This document shows, one piece after another, positions 1 to 8,295 of a stretch of 26,058 bases of DNA (position 1 is its first letter; each line of letters opens with the position of its first letter). The notes beneath the pieces are model-generated. The model saw only the letters and a list, made by a program, of their open reading frames with translations, did not search any database and was not told the DNA's origin. The DNA is from a virus (lineage: Duplodnaviria > Caudoviricetes), in IMG/VR virus record IMGVR_UViG_3300049846_002553, positions 1-26,058 of that record; one strand, written 5' to 3'. The position numbers were made by a program, and so were the translations under genes.

Positions 1-268
1 CCTGTTCTCGCTTGCGACTATCAATCCTCTCACATACAGACTCGTAGTCATCTGATTCCTCAACCGTGTAGGTCACTAAGGCATATTCTACGTCAGGCAT
101 CGGCAGATCTGTATTGATATAGAGTCCAGATTGAGCATGATAAAGGTACACTGTTGTGAGCATGTCACCATTCATATTGAAAACGTCGGCTCTGACCTTG
201 CGATCTGGTCTTTTATCATATAGCTGTAAAGCTAAAGGCATTCTTTCGCCGACGGTAACTACGCTCAT
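1..268 (-). CDS. Hypothetical (probably virion-module) protein, runs off the left edge
   Basis: Not in the ORF track. ATG at 268 overlaps the upstream stop (ATGA); open frame MSVVTVGERMPLALQLYDKRPDRKVRADVF...IDSRKREQ to the window edge. Confidence 0.7.
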   Translation of the reverse strand, partial: MSVVTVGERMPLALQLYDKRPDRKVRADVFNMNGDMLTTVYLYHAQSGLYINTDLPMPDVEYALVTYTVEESDDYESVCERIDSRKREQ

Positions 269-771
269 TCCACCCCTGCGATTTTGTCGGCAGCCTTATG
301 AATGTCATGGAGGTCCAGGCTGTCCGTGTGTTCACCGAAATTGTAATTGTATGTTTCTTCTAAAAACCTACCGACTAATTCTGTGCAAATCAAGTATCGT
401 TCATGATTAAGGATGACAGTGCCAGCCCACTTGTTCAATTGTGAGTTGATCAAACCGATGGCATTTAAAAACAATTGAGCAAACGAATACCCCCGGGAGT
501 TCTCGATAATGCTCGATAAACACTTGTCCACTTTCGCAGGCTCTAGCGGAGTCGGGAGCTTGATATATTCCCAAGGGTTGTTGATTTTTAACCAACTGAC
601 GGTGTCGATTACCCTAGCGTTTGGCCAAACTGACTCATAGATCAAGCCCGCGTGTTCCGTCTTCACCAGCAAGCAAACATGGGAATAAGGCAAGTTCTGC
701 GCCTTCATGATGGCCCAACCGAGCGGGTTAAATCGTTTTCTTCTGGAGAAAATAATAAATACTTCCATCAC
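265..771 (-). CDS. Permuted papain-like (YiiX/YebB-type NlpC/P60) protein
   Basis: N-terminal His motif YSHVCL precedes C-terminal Cys motif LICTELV, the permuted catalytic order; ATGA-coupled to both neighbours. Confidence 0.65.
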   Translation of the reverse strand: MMEVFIIFSRRKRFNPLGWAIMKAQNLPYSHVCLLVKTEHAGLIYESVWPNARVIDTVSWLKINNPWEYIKLPTPLEPAKVDKCLSSIIENSRGYSFAQLFLNAIGLINSQLNKWAGTVILNHERYLICTELVGRFLEETYNYNFGEHTDSLDLHDIHKAADKIAGVE

Positions 772-1361
772 ACGACCTCGTTCATAATGAGGTTAATTCC
801 AATGGTCTTGTCTGAAACAGACGTATAAGTAAATTTCAACTGTAACCCTGAAAAAACATCAGCATCAAATTCAGATTGCTGTGAATAAAAACCACTCGGA
901 AGATTCACGTTAAATCCGAATTGGTTTAGGACTGTGTTTGGATATCCTGAGTAAGTTCCCGTAGCCGTGTCGAGAACTCTAAGGTCTACCTTATCGCCGA
1001 CCTCACTTCCGACAATTTGAATTTCCTTCATCTTTGCCCATGTTAGTGTCGCCGTATAGATCACATCGTTAGGTGATGCGCTTACTACGGCTGCCGTGAT
1101 TCCAATCACTCTCTTGTAGAGCTTCTTCCCGTTAATCACCTTTGCAGAAAATGGACTTGTCTCAACAGTTTGTAGAACTGACTTGTTCCCTGAGTTTTTG
1201 TAGTAAGTTTCGAAGTCGGCTTGATCAGATCCGGAATCTTTCAGAACGCTAGTCTCGAATCCTTCATAAGTGATTGAATAAAATAGATCTCGGTCGTTCC
1301 ATCGCAGGAGTGCTTTGTTTAGGACCTGAACTTTGAAAGAAGACCAAGTTAAAAAGATCAT
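768..1361 (-). CDS. Hypothetical virion-module protein
   Basis: Track ORF 768..1445; likely start is ATG 1361 (MIFLTWSSFK) behind a GGGGAG Shine-Dalgarno (SD). Beta-rich composition. Confidence 0.7.
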   Translation of the reverse strand: MIFLTWSSFKVQVLNKALLRWNDRDLFYSITYEGFETSVLKDSGSDQADFETYYKNSGNKSVLQTVETSPFSAKVINGKKLYKRVIGITAAVVSASPNDVIYTATLTWAKMKEIQIVGSEVGDKVDLRVLDTATGTYSGYPNTVLNQFGFNVNLPSGFYSQQSEFDADVFSGLQLKFTYTSVSDKTIGINLIMNEVV

Positions 1362-1372
1362 ATTCTCCCCTA

Positions 1373-1774
1373 TTAGTACAACGAGTATCGTATGATGTAG
1401 TTGAACAAGGCTGTCGACAAACTTCCGCTTCGCACTCTTAGCCAAAGTTTTTCAACTCCGGTAGACGCCGTCGAAACTGGAGCAAGTGTTGTTATATAAC
1501 CATCAAGATACATATCCACGTCCTTAGAGTCGGCCTGAGGTACTGAACTGAATGAAACCAGATCAGTGTCCGTAGCGTTTCCGGCCGATTTTGTTGCTTT
1601 ATTCGCTCGTAATTCGAAGATTAATGACTTGTCCTCAGAAATGAAAGTCGCAAATCCAAGCCAAATTTGCTTTCCAGAGGTGATTACACCAAGATCATAC
1701 CAATCATCTTTCGTTAACGTCGCCTGTGCTGAGGCTTGTATTGTGAGATCAAAGACCGGTTGTATCGAAGCCAC
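1373..1774 (-). CDS. Putative virion beta-sandwich protein, paralog of 1779..2159
   Basis: GTG start after GGAG. Shares WxDLGxI, KxIWxG, FExRAN, SAG and GVExxWLR blocks with the next gene. Confidence 0.7.
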   Translation of the reverse strand: MASIQPVFDLTIQASAQATLTKDDWYDLGVITSGKQIWLGFATFISEDKSLIFELRANKATKSAGNATDTDLVSFSSVPQADSKDVDMYLDGYITTLAPVSTASTGVEKLWLRVRSGSLSTALFNYIIRYSLY

Positions 1775-1778
1775 GCAT

Positions 1779-2159
1779 TTACTCCGTCGTATAATTTAAT
1801 GAATATAAATAGTCACCAAGGGCGCCGGACTTGCTCGTCAACCTTAACCACCAACGTTCAACCCCAGAGCCTACAATAGTTGCAACGTGCAGTCTTCCGT
1901 TTTTATAAAGATCTCTCGTCAGGGTTCCAGACTTTGGGGAAACCGACACCGTATCCAACAAAGTAGTTGCGCCAGTCGTCCCCGCTGATTGACCTGGGAT
2001 ATTCGCCCTTATTTCAAACGTGACAGACTTAGATGGAGATGTGTATTGAGCGTTTCCGACCCAAATTTTGAAGCCCGCTGGGATGGCGCCAAGATCTATC
2101 CATAGCGATGTCCCGACTTGTCCAGATCCTTTTAGGTTCAAGTTAAAAATCGTCGCCAT
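1779..2159 (-). CDS. Putative virion beta-sandwich protein, paralog of 1373..1774
   Basis: 126 aa; TAATG coupling to upstream gene; shared motifs as above. Confidence 0.7.
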   Translation of the reverse strand: MATIFNLNLKGSGQVGTSLWIDLGAIPAGFKIWVGNAQYTSPSKSVTFEIRANIPGQSAGTTGATTLLDTVSVSPKSGTLTRDLYKNGRLHVATIVGSGVERWWLRLTSKSGALGDYLYSLNYTTE

Positions 2160-2866
2160 TAAATCTCATTCCCGGTAAAGAACCCTCGCACTGTCCCGCG
2201 CGAGTTTGAACATTCGTATGTAATCTTGAACTTATCCGTGGCGGTACCAATGATGACGCCGTTGCCGAAATTTATAGGAACTGTGCTTTGACCTTGCCCG
2301 CCAACTTGAAGGGTAAGTGAAAAAAGAGTTTCCCAAGCTCCAACGCCACCGGTCTGCTTCTTGAATCTAACAATTGTTGTGAATTGCAGGTCGTAGTTTC
2401 CAGTGAAGTTGTTAATTGAGAATTTTTTTCCCGTTGGAACTGTGTAGGTTGTTGTCGAGAGATCAGTTTCCGTTCTCGTTGTTACGGGTTGAGATTCGTA
2501 TTTATAAACTCCGCCAGTCGAGGCCCCGAGACTTATTGCTATGCTGTTAAGAATTGTCAGCGTGTCCGCGTCGTAGACCTTTAGTCGGTCAGTTAAGTTT
2601 CCAATTGGGGTACCGTCTGTTCCGCCGATTATCTTCTTTGAAAATATTCCTTTTATCCAATCGGTTCCGTCTGAAATGCTTAAGTCTGAAGAACCATCAT
2701 TGACGATAACGTTTCCAGATCCGACTTGAGTTATGATATTGCTGGATGCGGCCCAAAGTAAATAGTCCTGATACGGTATCGTATATGAACTGCTAGCCGG
2801 TATCGTGACGCCAGTATCTGCAATTGAGATCGGTGAAGCGGTATTGTTCTTTAAGACCTTGCTCAC
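2159..2866 (-). CDS. Putative virion structural/decoration protein
   Basis: 235 aa, Thr/Ser/Gly-rich, C-terminal beta domain (YTVPTGKKF); coupled within the late operon. Confidence 0.65.
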   Translation of the reverse strand: MSKVLKNNTASPISIADTGVTIPASSSYTIPYQDYLLWAASSNIITQVGSGNVIVNDGSSDLSISDGTDWIKGIFSKKIIGGTDGTPIGNLTDRLKVYDADTLTILNSIAISLGASTGGVYKYESQPVTTRTETDLSTTTYTVPTGKKFSINNFTGNYDLQFTTIVRFKKQTGGVGAWETLFSLTLQVGGQGQSTVPINFGNGVIIGTATDKFKITYECSNSRGTVRGFFTGNEI

Positions 2867-3534
2867 GCTGTACCTCTAAGTTCTAATCCGCAAACGACGT
2901 TCTTTGGGTTTCCTGAATTTATTCTGACAGCCAATTGCTTACCGGTCGGGACTGGAAAGCTGACGGCAAACGCGTTCCCTTTTGCTGATGTTACCGTGAC
3001 CGTACCAAGCGACGTCAAGCCCACACCGTTTCCGTCATGGTAAAAAATCTCCGCGACATATGTTGTCGTCAATTCATTGGTTATAAATACAGACTTAACG
3101 ACGGCGCTGCTTATGTAAACCCATCTCCCAGATATATTGGACGGTACTGTTTCGCATTGGAGATAAGTGTTTGGAGTGACTACTCCGGATCGACCAAAGG
3201 AAAATCCAGGGCTTGCTGATGTTATTACTTTGTTTCTGACTTCTTTAATCGCGTCTTCTGAGTTCGTAGAGATGAGGTCAGATCCTGATGGGTTGAATAT
3301 TTCGTAAATAGCTCGTCTGAGTTTCCATAATTCGATGTATGCAGCTTCGGTGAAATCTTTAAAACGTAGATTTCCACTGCCGTCAGTATCAATAACGCGA
3401 TTATCATTGTCTTCAAAAGCAATACCTCTTGCGGCGAGATAGTCTTCACTTGGATCTGCTTCCGTAGGAAATGGATCAACCTCGGTACCACCATTGGCAG
3501 AGTTCTCTATTTTTAGAGGTTTTACCTTATCCAT
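2863..3534 (-). CDS. Putative virion structural/fibre-like protein
   Basis: Track ORF 2863..3558; likely start is ATG 3534 (MDKVKPLKIEN, AAGGA SD), because GTG 3558 lies inside a hairpin. Confidence 0.65.
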   Translation of the reverse strand: MDKVKPLKIENSANGGTEVDPFPTEADPSEDYLAARGIAFEDNDNRVIDTDGSGNLRFKDFTEAAYIELWKLRRAIYEIFNPSGSDLISTNSEDAIKEVRNKVITSASPGFSFGRSGVVTPNTYLQCETVPSNISGRWVYISSAVVKSVFITNELTTTYVAEIFYHDGNGVGLTSLGTVTVTSAKGNAFAVSFPVPTGKQLAVRINSGNPKNVVCGLELRGTA

Positions 3535-3544
3535 GTCATCCTTG

Positions 3545-3575
3545 AAAACAGGGACCACGGACGAGCCGTGGCCCC
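3545..3575 (-). terminator. Intrinsic terminator-like hairpin
   Basis: Minus strand GGGGCCACGG-CTCGT-CCGTGGTCCC then TGTTTT; 10-bp stem with one G-U pair. Confidence 0.6.
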
Positions 3576-3609
3576 AAAGACTTAATCATTTTTAGTAAAA
3601 CTATTCCAT

Positions 3610-4308
3610 TTAAAGGTGCTCAATTGTTCCGCTGGCCGCCATTCTAACTACACCGCTTCCGCTTACATCCCATACTGCATAAGATGAGTAAACATCACCG
3701 CCGCTTAATCGTCTTCCGACAAGAACTGCGCCGATTCTATTAACATCGGACTGATTGATCGGAGTGATTTTTGACTCAACAGAGAATGTTGAAAATTCAT
3801 CTTGTGCTAGATAGAGGATTGCGAATCCAGAAGCGTCCATGACTAGCAATTTTGAAGTATCTTGTGCTTTTGCGATCTCCAATGAAATATAATTGATCTG
3901 ATGAGTAGAAGTTAAACCGCTTGACCCAAAATCAACGGGAAACCCGGGCTTGATGAACAATGAATCCAATTTATTCGCAGTGTATTCATCAGTATCAAGA
4001 TTAATAGTGATTCGCTCATCGCTATGAGACATTTTTAAAACAGCCTGTCCGTTCTTATCTTTTAGAGTAAGATTTGAAAGGATTCTCATTGTATAAATAC
4101 TCCCGTCAGTTGATGACTTAACGGCAAACGCAGTTCCATCCAAGTTAGCTTTTAAGACTGGATCTGCACTCCCTGCAACAACAGCTCCAACTTCGAGAGG
4201 CGTGTACTTAGGATATACGCCTGCATTAAATTCTGTCATTGTAATCCGCTGCGGGTATTGCAATGAAACATTATTCAGATTCATCTTCACCAATTTATTT
4301 GCTCCCAT
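3610..4308 (-). CDS. Hypothetical protein, moron-like insert
   Basis: Track ORF 3610..4341; likely start is ATG 4308 after AAGGAG. Looks more AT-rich than neighbours and has hairpins on both sides. Confidence 0.65.
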   Translation of the reverse strand: MGANKLVKMNLNNVSLQYPQRITMTEFNAGVYPKYTPLEVGAVVAGSADPVLKANLDGTAFAVKSSTDGSIYTMRILSNLTLKDKNGQAVLKMSHSDERITINLDTDEYTANKLDSLFIKPGFPVDFGSSGLTSTHQINYISLEIAKAQDTSKLLVMDASGFAILYLAQDEFSTFSVESKITPINQSDVNRIGAVLVGRRLSGGDVYSSYAVWDVSGSGVVRMAASGTIEHL

Positions 4309-4356
4309 TTTTTTCTCCTTAGTTTCTGGCATAATTGCCAAATTGTTTTAAATCCT

Positions 4357-4391
4357 AAAAAGCCGTCGCGCAATTAAGCGGCCCGACGGCC
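4357..4391 (-). terminator. Intrinsic terminator-like hairpin over the stop of 4374..5138
   Basis: Minus strand GCCGTCG...CGACGGC followed by TTTT. Confidence 0.5.
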
Positions 4392-5138
4392 AAGTTGTTG
4401 AATATGTATCTGCAATGCGGTTGCGTTTTTAGCGTAACCAACTTGTACAATCGTCTTACCAGCGCCAGTTGGGATTGAACCAGTAATTGCTCCTGCTGTT
4501 GTTGCGTCCAAATAATATCTAGCTCCAGAAGAGAGTCCAGAAAATCCAGACAACAATCCTTCAGAAACAACCTCAACACCGGCAGCAAGAATAGCGGCGG
4601 CTTTAGCAAATCCAATCGTAAAGCTCTTTGAGGTGCTATCTCCTAAAGATTTGGACACGGTATCAGCGGCAGAAATATAAACAGCATCGTTTGCCGCTAA
4701 AGCCTCTCCTGCAAAGTAATTGTTTGTCGTCATTTGAGATGAATCAGAAACGCCCAAGTTGTTCCAAGCAGTACCGTCCCACATCCAAAGGCTACCGCCA
4801 AAAGACACTAGATAACCTTGGTCGGCGTTTGTTAACGGTGTAGCTGTTGGCATTGTGGACATGTGAGGAACTTTGAACGCATCGACTTGACCACCAGTAT
4901 TCGTCGCAAGACCCCAGCGAATATCAGAAGAAGCAGTCATTGTATTAGAGCGATCCTTACCCATGATGTTATCGAAAATAAGATCACCTGCGGTTTGGTT
5001 GAGCCATCCTGTAGACGGATCAGAAACCTCGAAGTAATCCTGGGCTGTGTAACCCTTCATGGTGATCTCGTCGTTCAAAGAATCGTGCTCTAAAGGAACA
5101 CCATCCAACGAAATGTAGAGAATTTTCCTTTGTGCCAT
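4374..5138 (-). CDS. Putative head decoration/fibre protein (DUF2190/cement-like C-terminal domain)
   Basis: GAGGAG SD. C-terminus AGEALAANDAVYIS...IGFA...GARYYLD...GAIT...VQVGYA is typical of phage cement/head-fibre domains. Confidence 0.6.
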   Translation of the reverse strand: MAQRKILYISLDGVPLEHDSLNDEITMKGYTAQDYFEVSDPSTGWLNQTAGDLIFDNIMGKDRSNTMTASSDIRWGLATNTGGQVDAFKVPHMSTMPTATPLTNADQGYLVSFGGSLWMWDGTAWNNLGVSDSSQMTTNNYFAGEALAANDAVYISAADTVSKSLGDSTSKSFTIGFAKAAAILAAGVEVVSEGLLSGFSGLSSGARYYLDATTAGAITGSIPTGAGKTIVQVGYAKNATALQIHIQQLGRRAA

Positions 5139-5154
5139 ATTTCTCCTCGCTTAG

Positions 5155-5490
5155 TTAATTCTTCGGAATCTCTTTTACTTCCAAAGTATTTTCATCGATC
5201 AATTTTTCATTGAGGTTGATACCGAGGCGAGATTCGATTCTTTCTTTGACGGCCTTGTATTCCCCAATTGATTGTTCGACGTTCTTGCGAGTCGATTCAA
5301 GTCTAGTTTTGTTATGTAGCTGTATCTGCATTGCCTTGTTTTGATACTCGAGTTGCATCATCTTGCCCTCTGCTTCTGAGAGCTGCGCTTCGGCTTTACG
5401 GCGTTGCATATTCTCAATTTTGGTCATCCATTCCCAATATTCTTCCGGCGTTAACTTAGGAAGATCTGATCCGTTCTCGTTTTTTGCCAT
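5155..5490 (-). CDS. Hypothetical coiled-coil protein
   Basis: 111 aa, helical and charged; GAGGAG SD; TAATG coupling. Confidence 0.7.
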   Translation of the reverse strand: MAKNENGSDLPKLTPEEYWEWMTKIENMQRRKAEAQLSEAEGKMMQLEYQNKAMQIQLHNKTRLESTRKNVEQSIGEYKAVKERIESRLGINLNEKLIDENTLEVKEIPKN

Positions 5491-6089
5491 TACATTCTCC
5501 TCATAGGTTGCATCAGGTTAACAATCAAGGTCGTAGCGGTGACGGCAAATCCAACTTGTTGGACCATCCCAGTGGAAGGCGGAGTAAGCGTCAACCCGCC
5601 AGTGGTGCTGATAAAGTGAGGCGCTCCAACAGTGAGTGATGAAAGAATGTCGAGTTTTCCAGAAAGCACGACCTTCAGCCTCGTCGGCGTTGGCTTGGAG
5701 TAACCGAACGCAAAAATACCGTTCGGCATTTCTGTTATAGAGTTGCTTGTCAACTTTGTCACAAAATTGGACCCAGACACGACTACAGGATCTCCAGGTT
5801 GTGTCGATAAGTCGGTATCAAACTCCAGCAACTCGGCTGGCGGTCCGATTTCTCCCTGCGGTCCTTGAAGTCCCATCATTCCCAGACCAAGAGGACCGCG
5901 TTCCCCTTTCAGGTCAACCCACTTACCCCAAGAACCATCCGGGTTTTTGAATCTGATCTCGGTGCCGCGCCATTGATAATCCGGCGAAGGACCAATAGGA
6001 CCCGGTTGCCCTTGCGGACCGTCCTGACCCTTTTGGCCCTTAGGTCCTTCTGGGCCGGTTCTGTTTCTTGGTCCAGCCGTTAGAATCAT
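5490..6089 (-). CDS. Collagen-like (Gly-X-Y) protein with cement/fibre-like C-terminus
   Basis: GPEGPKGQKGQDGPQGQPGPIGP triplets; phage-collagen linker FKNPDGSWGKWVDLKG; C-terminus resembles that of 4374..5138. Confidence 0.75.
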   Translation of the reverse strand: MILTAGPRNRTGPEGPKGQKGQDGPQGQPGPIGPSPDYQWRGTEIRFKNPDGSWGKWVDLKGERGPLGLGMMGLQGPQGEIGPPAELLEFDTDLSTQPGDPVVVSGSNFVTKLTSNSITEMPNGIFAFGYSKPTPTRLKVVLSGKLDILSSLTVGAPHFISTTGGLTLTPPSTGMVQQVGFAVTATTLIVNLMQPMRRM

Positions 6090-6093
6090 TTTA

Positions 6094-8295
6094 TTATCTT
6101 ACGCCTGATTTAAAAATTAAAGTGCATCGGCAATTGCAAACTTGTTCTGGTCCTGCGGATTCGTCCCCTGGTCCGTCCATGTCGGCGTCCGGTGGGACAA
6201 TGAACTTGTCGTCGAGCTCAACCTGCTTCCCGTTCATATCGTAGTGATTTGGTCCGTCTCCCATGTTTGGTCCGTCACCGTCGCGTGTTCGATCATCTTG
6301 CAGGGAAACCCATTCCTTCTTCAATCCAGGAATTTCAAGACTCTTGGCCGCTTCGAGTGTGGCAGAATTTGAAGCCATACCAATTTCTGTTCGAGCGATT
6401 GTTCGAGCACGACCTGCTGAAAGTGATTCAAACTTAGCTCGTAAGTCGCTAGCGAAACTCCCCTCTGCGTCTTGTTCAAGTATTGCTTCAGAGACAAGAT
6501 CTTGGACCACTCTTCGTACCTGTTTGCGAGTGGTGCCTTCAATATCCGTAATCGCTCTTGCTGTTCTTCGGTCAACATATTGCTCCGCCCAGTGCTGCCA
6601 GGTTTTCTCATTCTTCTTTGTCTCCATGAGCTTGAGTTGCGACTTCGCGTTTTGGAACACATGAGAACCAAAGTCATCGACGGTGAATTTGATGTAGCGC
6701 TTGAGTGTGCGAGCAATGTCTTTCATGCCATCGTCGATGACTTTTTGCATGGCATATTCGGCAACCTTTGGATCTTTGCCTTGAGCAGCTTTGCCGAGTT
6801 CACGTGCGAGTTCATCGAAGTCCTGCTCTAAAGAACGAGCGAAGGGTTTTTCCAGTTGCTTGCGCTTGGAGTTAACCCTCCGCCAGGATGTAGTTTTTTC
6901 GTTCCGGTTCAAGAGATTGAAAGACTTCCATCCCTTCTCCCCTTCTTCCGAATCTACTTCTTCGGAACCGGTTTCTTCGTTGTTGTCTTCTTCGCTGGTT
7001 TCTTCGACATCTTCGCCTCCTCCTTCTGGAACCTCGCTAGTCGGAGGTTCTGGAGTATTATTAGCCACCATGTCTTCTGGATTTTCAAGTATTTGATTAC
7101 CTATTACGAAAACATCCCAACCCGGTTTTTCATCATATCCGCTGGCTATGCGCTTTTCGTTCTGTGTGAGCCAATTTGCTCCACCGAGTGACGTATATTT
7201 TGATTCTCGCTTTTCAACGAGGGCTTCAATGTCGTCCTTGTCGTACTTCAACTCCAGCCCGTCACCGAACATTGGAACTAACCAACGGTTAAATTCGAAC
7301 TGAACAAAGTCCATAATTGGGAGAATTGTATCCTCGAAAAATGCTTGTCGAGCCTCTTTGTAGTTGGAATAAGTCGACTCACCAAACCCTAGCATCTGTC
7401 CCGGTACGCCGTAGATAGAGCAAATGTCCAACCCTGAGACCTCGCGGCCTTTGAGCCATTCCATTTCCTTAGGCGAGAGAGATATTGATTGCCAACTTGT
7501 TCCGCCTTCGAGAAGCATCGGACGGCCAGCATTGCGCGCGCCTTGATGCGCTTGTTCGATTTGTTCCCGCAATCGGCTGAACTGTTCGTTAGTGAGAGTT
7601 CCGCCTGGATTTGCTTCTGACTTATCGACTTTAAACGCTCCGGAAGGACTGGCTGAGTTCTGAAGAAGTGCCAAGTTCCACTTGTTGGCGTGGTTGTATT
7701 GATCCACTCCCAATATGGCAGCTTCCATCGGGCTCATGCCGTACCAAATATCGATCGGGTTGAACGTCTTCACGTGCATGATCATTGACTTCAAAGTGAT
7801 CGGGTCAACGTCCCAGTATTTTTCCTGCGTACCTGTTTTGAAGCAGTACCGTGCCGGATATCCCATGTTTCCAGGAATGATCTTCATCAAGTCAGGTCGC
7901 AAAGCCCATAATTCCATTGGCGGTCTGTTCGGGTTCGGGCCAACGCCTTCGATGTAACTATTTCCGGAGATAGAAAGATAACTGATAAACGATTCAAAGA
8001 ACTGTGACCACCCTTGCGTCGGATTGGGTTTACTCATCAAGTCCAGCAAGGGGTGAGATTCTATTTCTGAGTCCCCACCTTTTTTATAAAGCTCCCACTT
8101 GATACCCGCACATCCTGTTGCGATGATCTTGATACATCGGAATACGACAGCATTTTTCTGATAACCCTCTTTAGAAAACCCGGTGTAGTTGCTCGGGGTG
8201 GCTATCGGTTGGCCCAGTCTTTCGATGGACATTGCGATCCTGGCTTGACTTGCTTTTGATTGAAACATGCCACGGATTGCTTGTAGTAAATTCAT
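6094..8295 (-). CDS. HK97-type portal protein fused to a Mu gpF/SPP1 gp7-like head morphogenesis domain
   Basis: First ~400 aa carry portal motifs (LWALRPD, YGMSPM, NAGRPMLLEGG, YGVP, YSN, LTQNEKR). Then an acidic linker, then gpF motifs (RARTIARTE, KKEW, DDRTR, NCRC). Immediately downstream of TerL. Confidence 0.9.
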   Translation of the reverse strand: MNLLQAIRGMFQSKASQARIAMSIERLGQPIATPSNYTGFSKEGYQKNAVVFRCIKIIATGCAGIKWELYKKGGDSEIESHPLLDLMSKPNPTQGWSQFFESFISYLSISGNSYIEGVGPNPNRPPMELWALRPDLMKIIPGNMGYPARYCFKTGTQEKYWDVDPITLKSMIMHVKTFNPIDIWYGMSPMEAAILGVDQYNHANKWNLALLQNSASPSGAFKVDKSEANPGGTLTNEQFSRLREQIEQAHQGARNAGRPMLLEGGTSWQSISLSPKEMEWLKGREVSGLDICSIYGVPGQMLGFGESTYSNYKEARQAFFEDTILPIMDFVQFEFNRWLVPMFGDGLELKYDKDDIEALVEKRESKYTSLGGANWLTQNEKRIASGYDEKPGWDVFVIGNQILENPEDMVANNTPEPPTSEVPEGGGEDVEETSEEDNNEETGSEEVDSEEGEKGWKSFNLLNRNEKTTSWRRVNSKRKQLEKPFARSLEQDFDELARELGKAAQGKDPKVAEYAMQKVIDDGMKDIARTLKRYIKFTVDDFGSHVFQNAKSQLKLMETKKNEKTWQHWAEQYVDRRTARAITDIEGTTRKQVRRVVQDLVSEAILEQDAEGSFASDLRAKFESLSAGRARTIARTEIGMASNSATLEAAKSLEIPGLKKEWVSLQDDRTRDGDGPNMGDGPNHYDMNGKQVELDDKFIVPPDADMDGPGDESAGPEQVCNCRCTLIFKSGVR

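Noticed and set aside
4355-4615. 86-aa Leu/Gln-rich alternative-frame ORF
   Set aside because: Composition is explained by Ala/Thr/Gly codons in the real frame; no SD.
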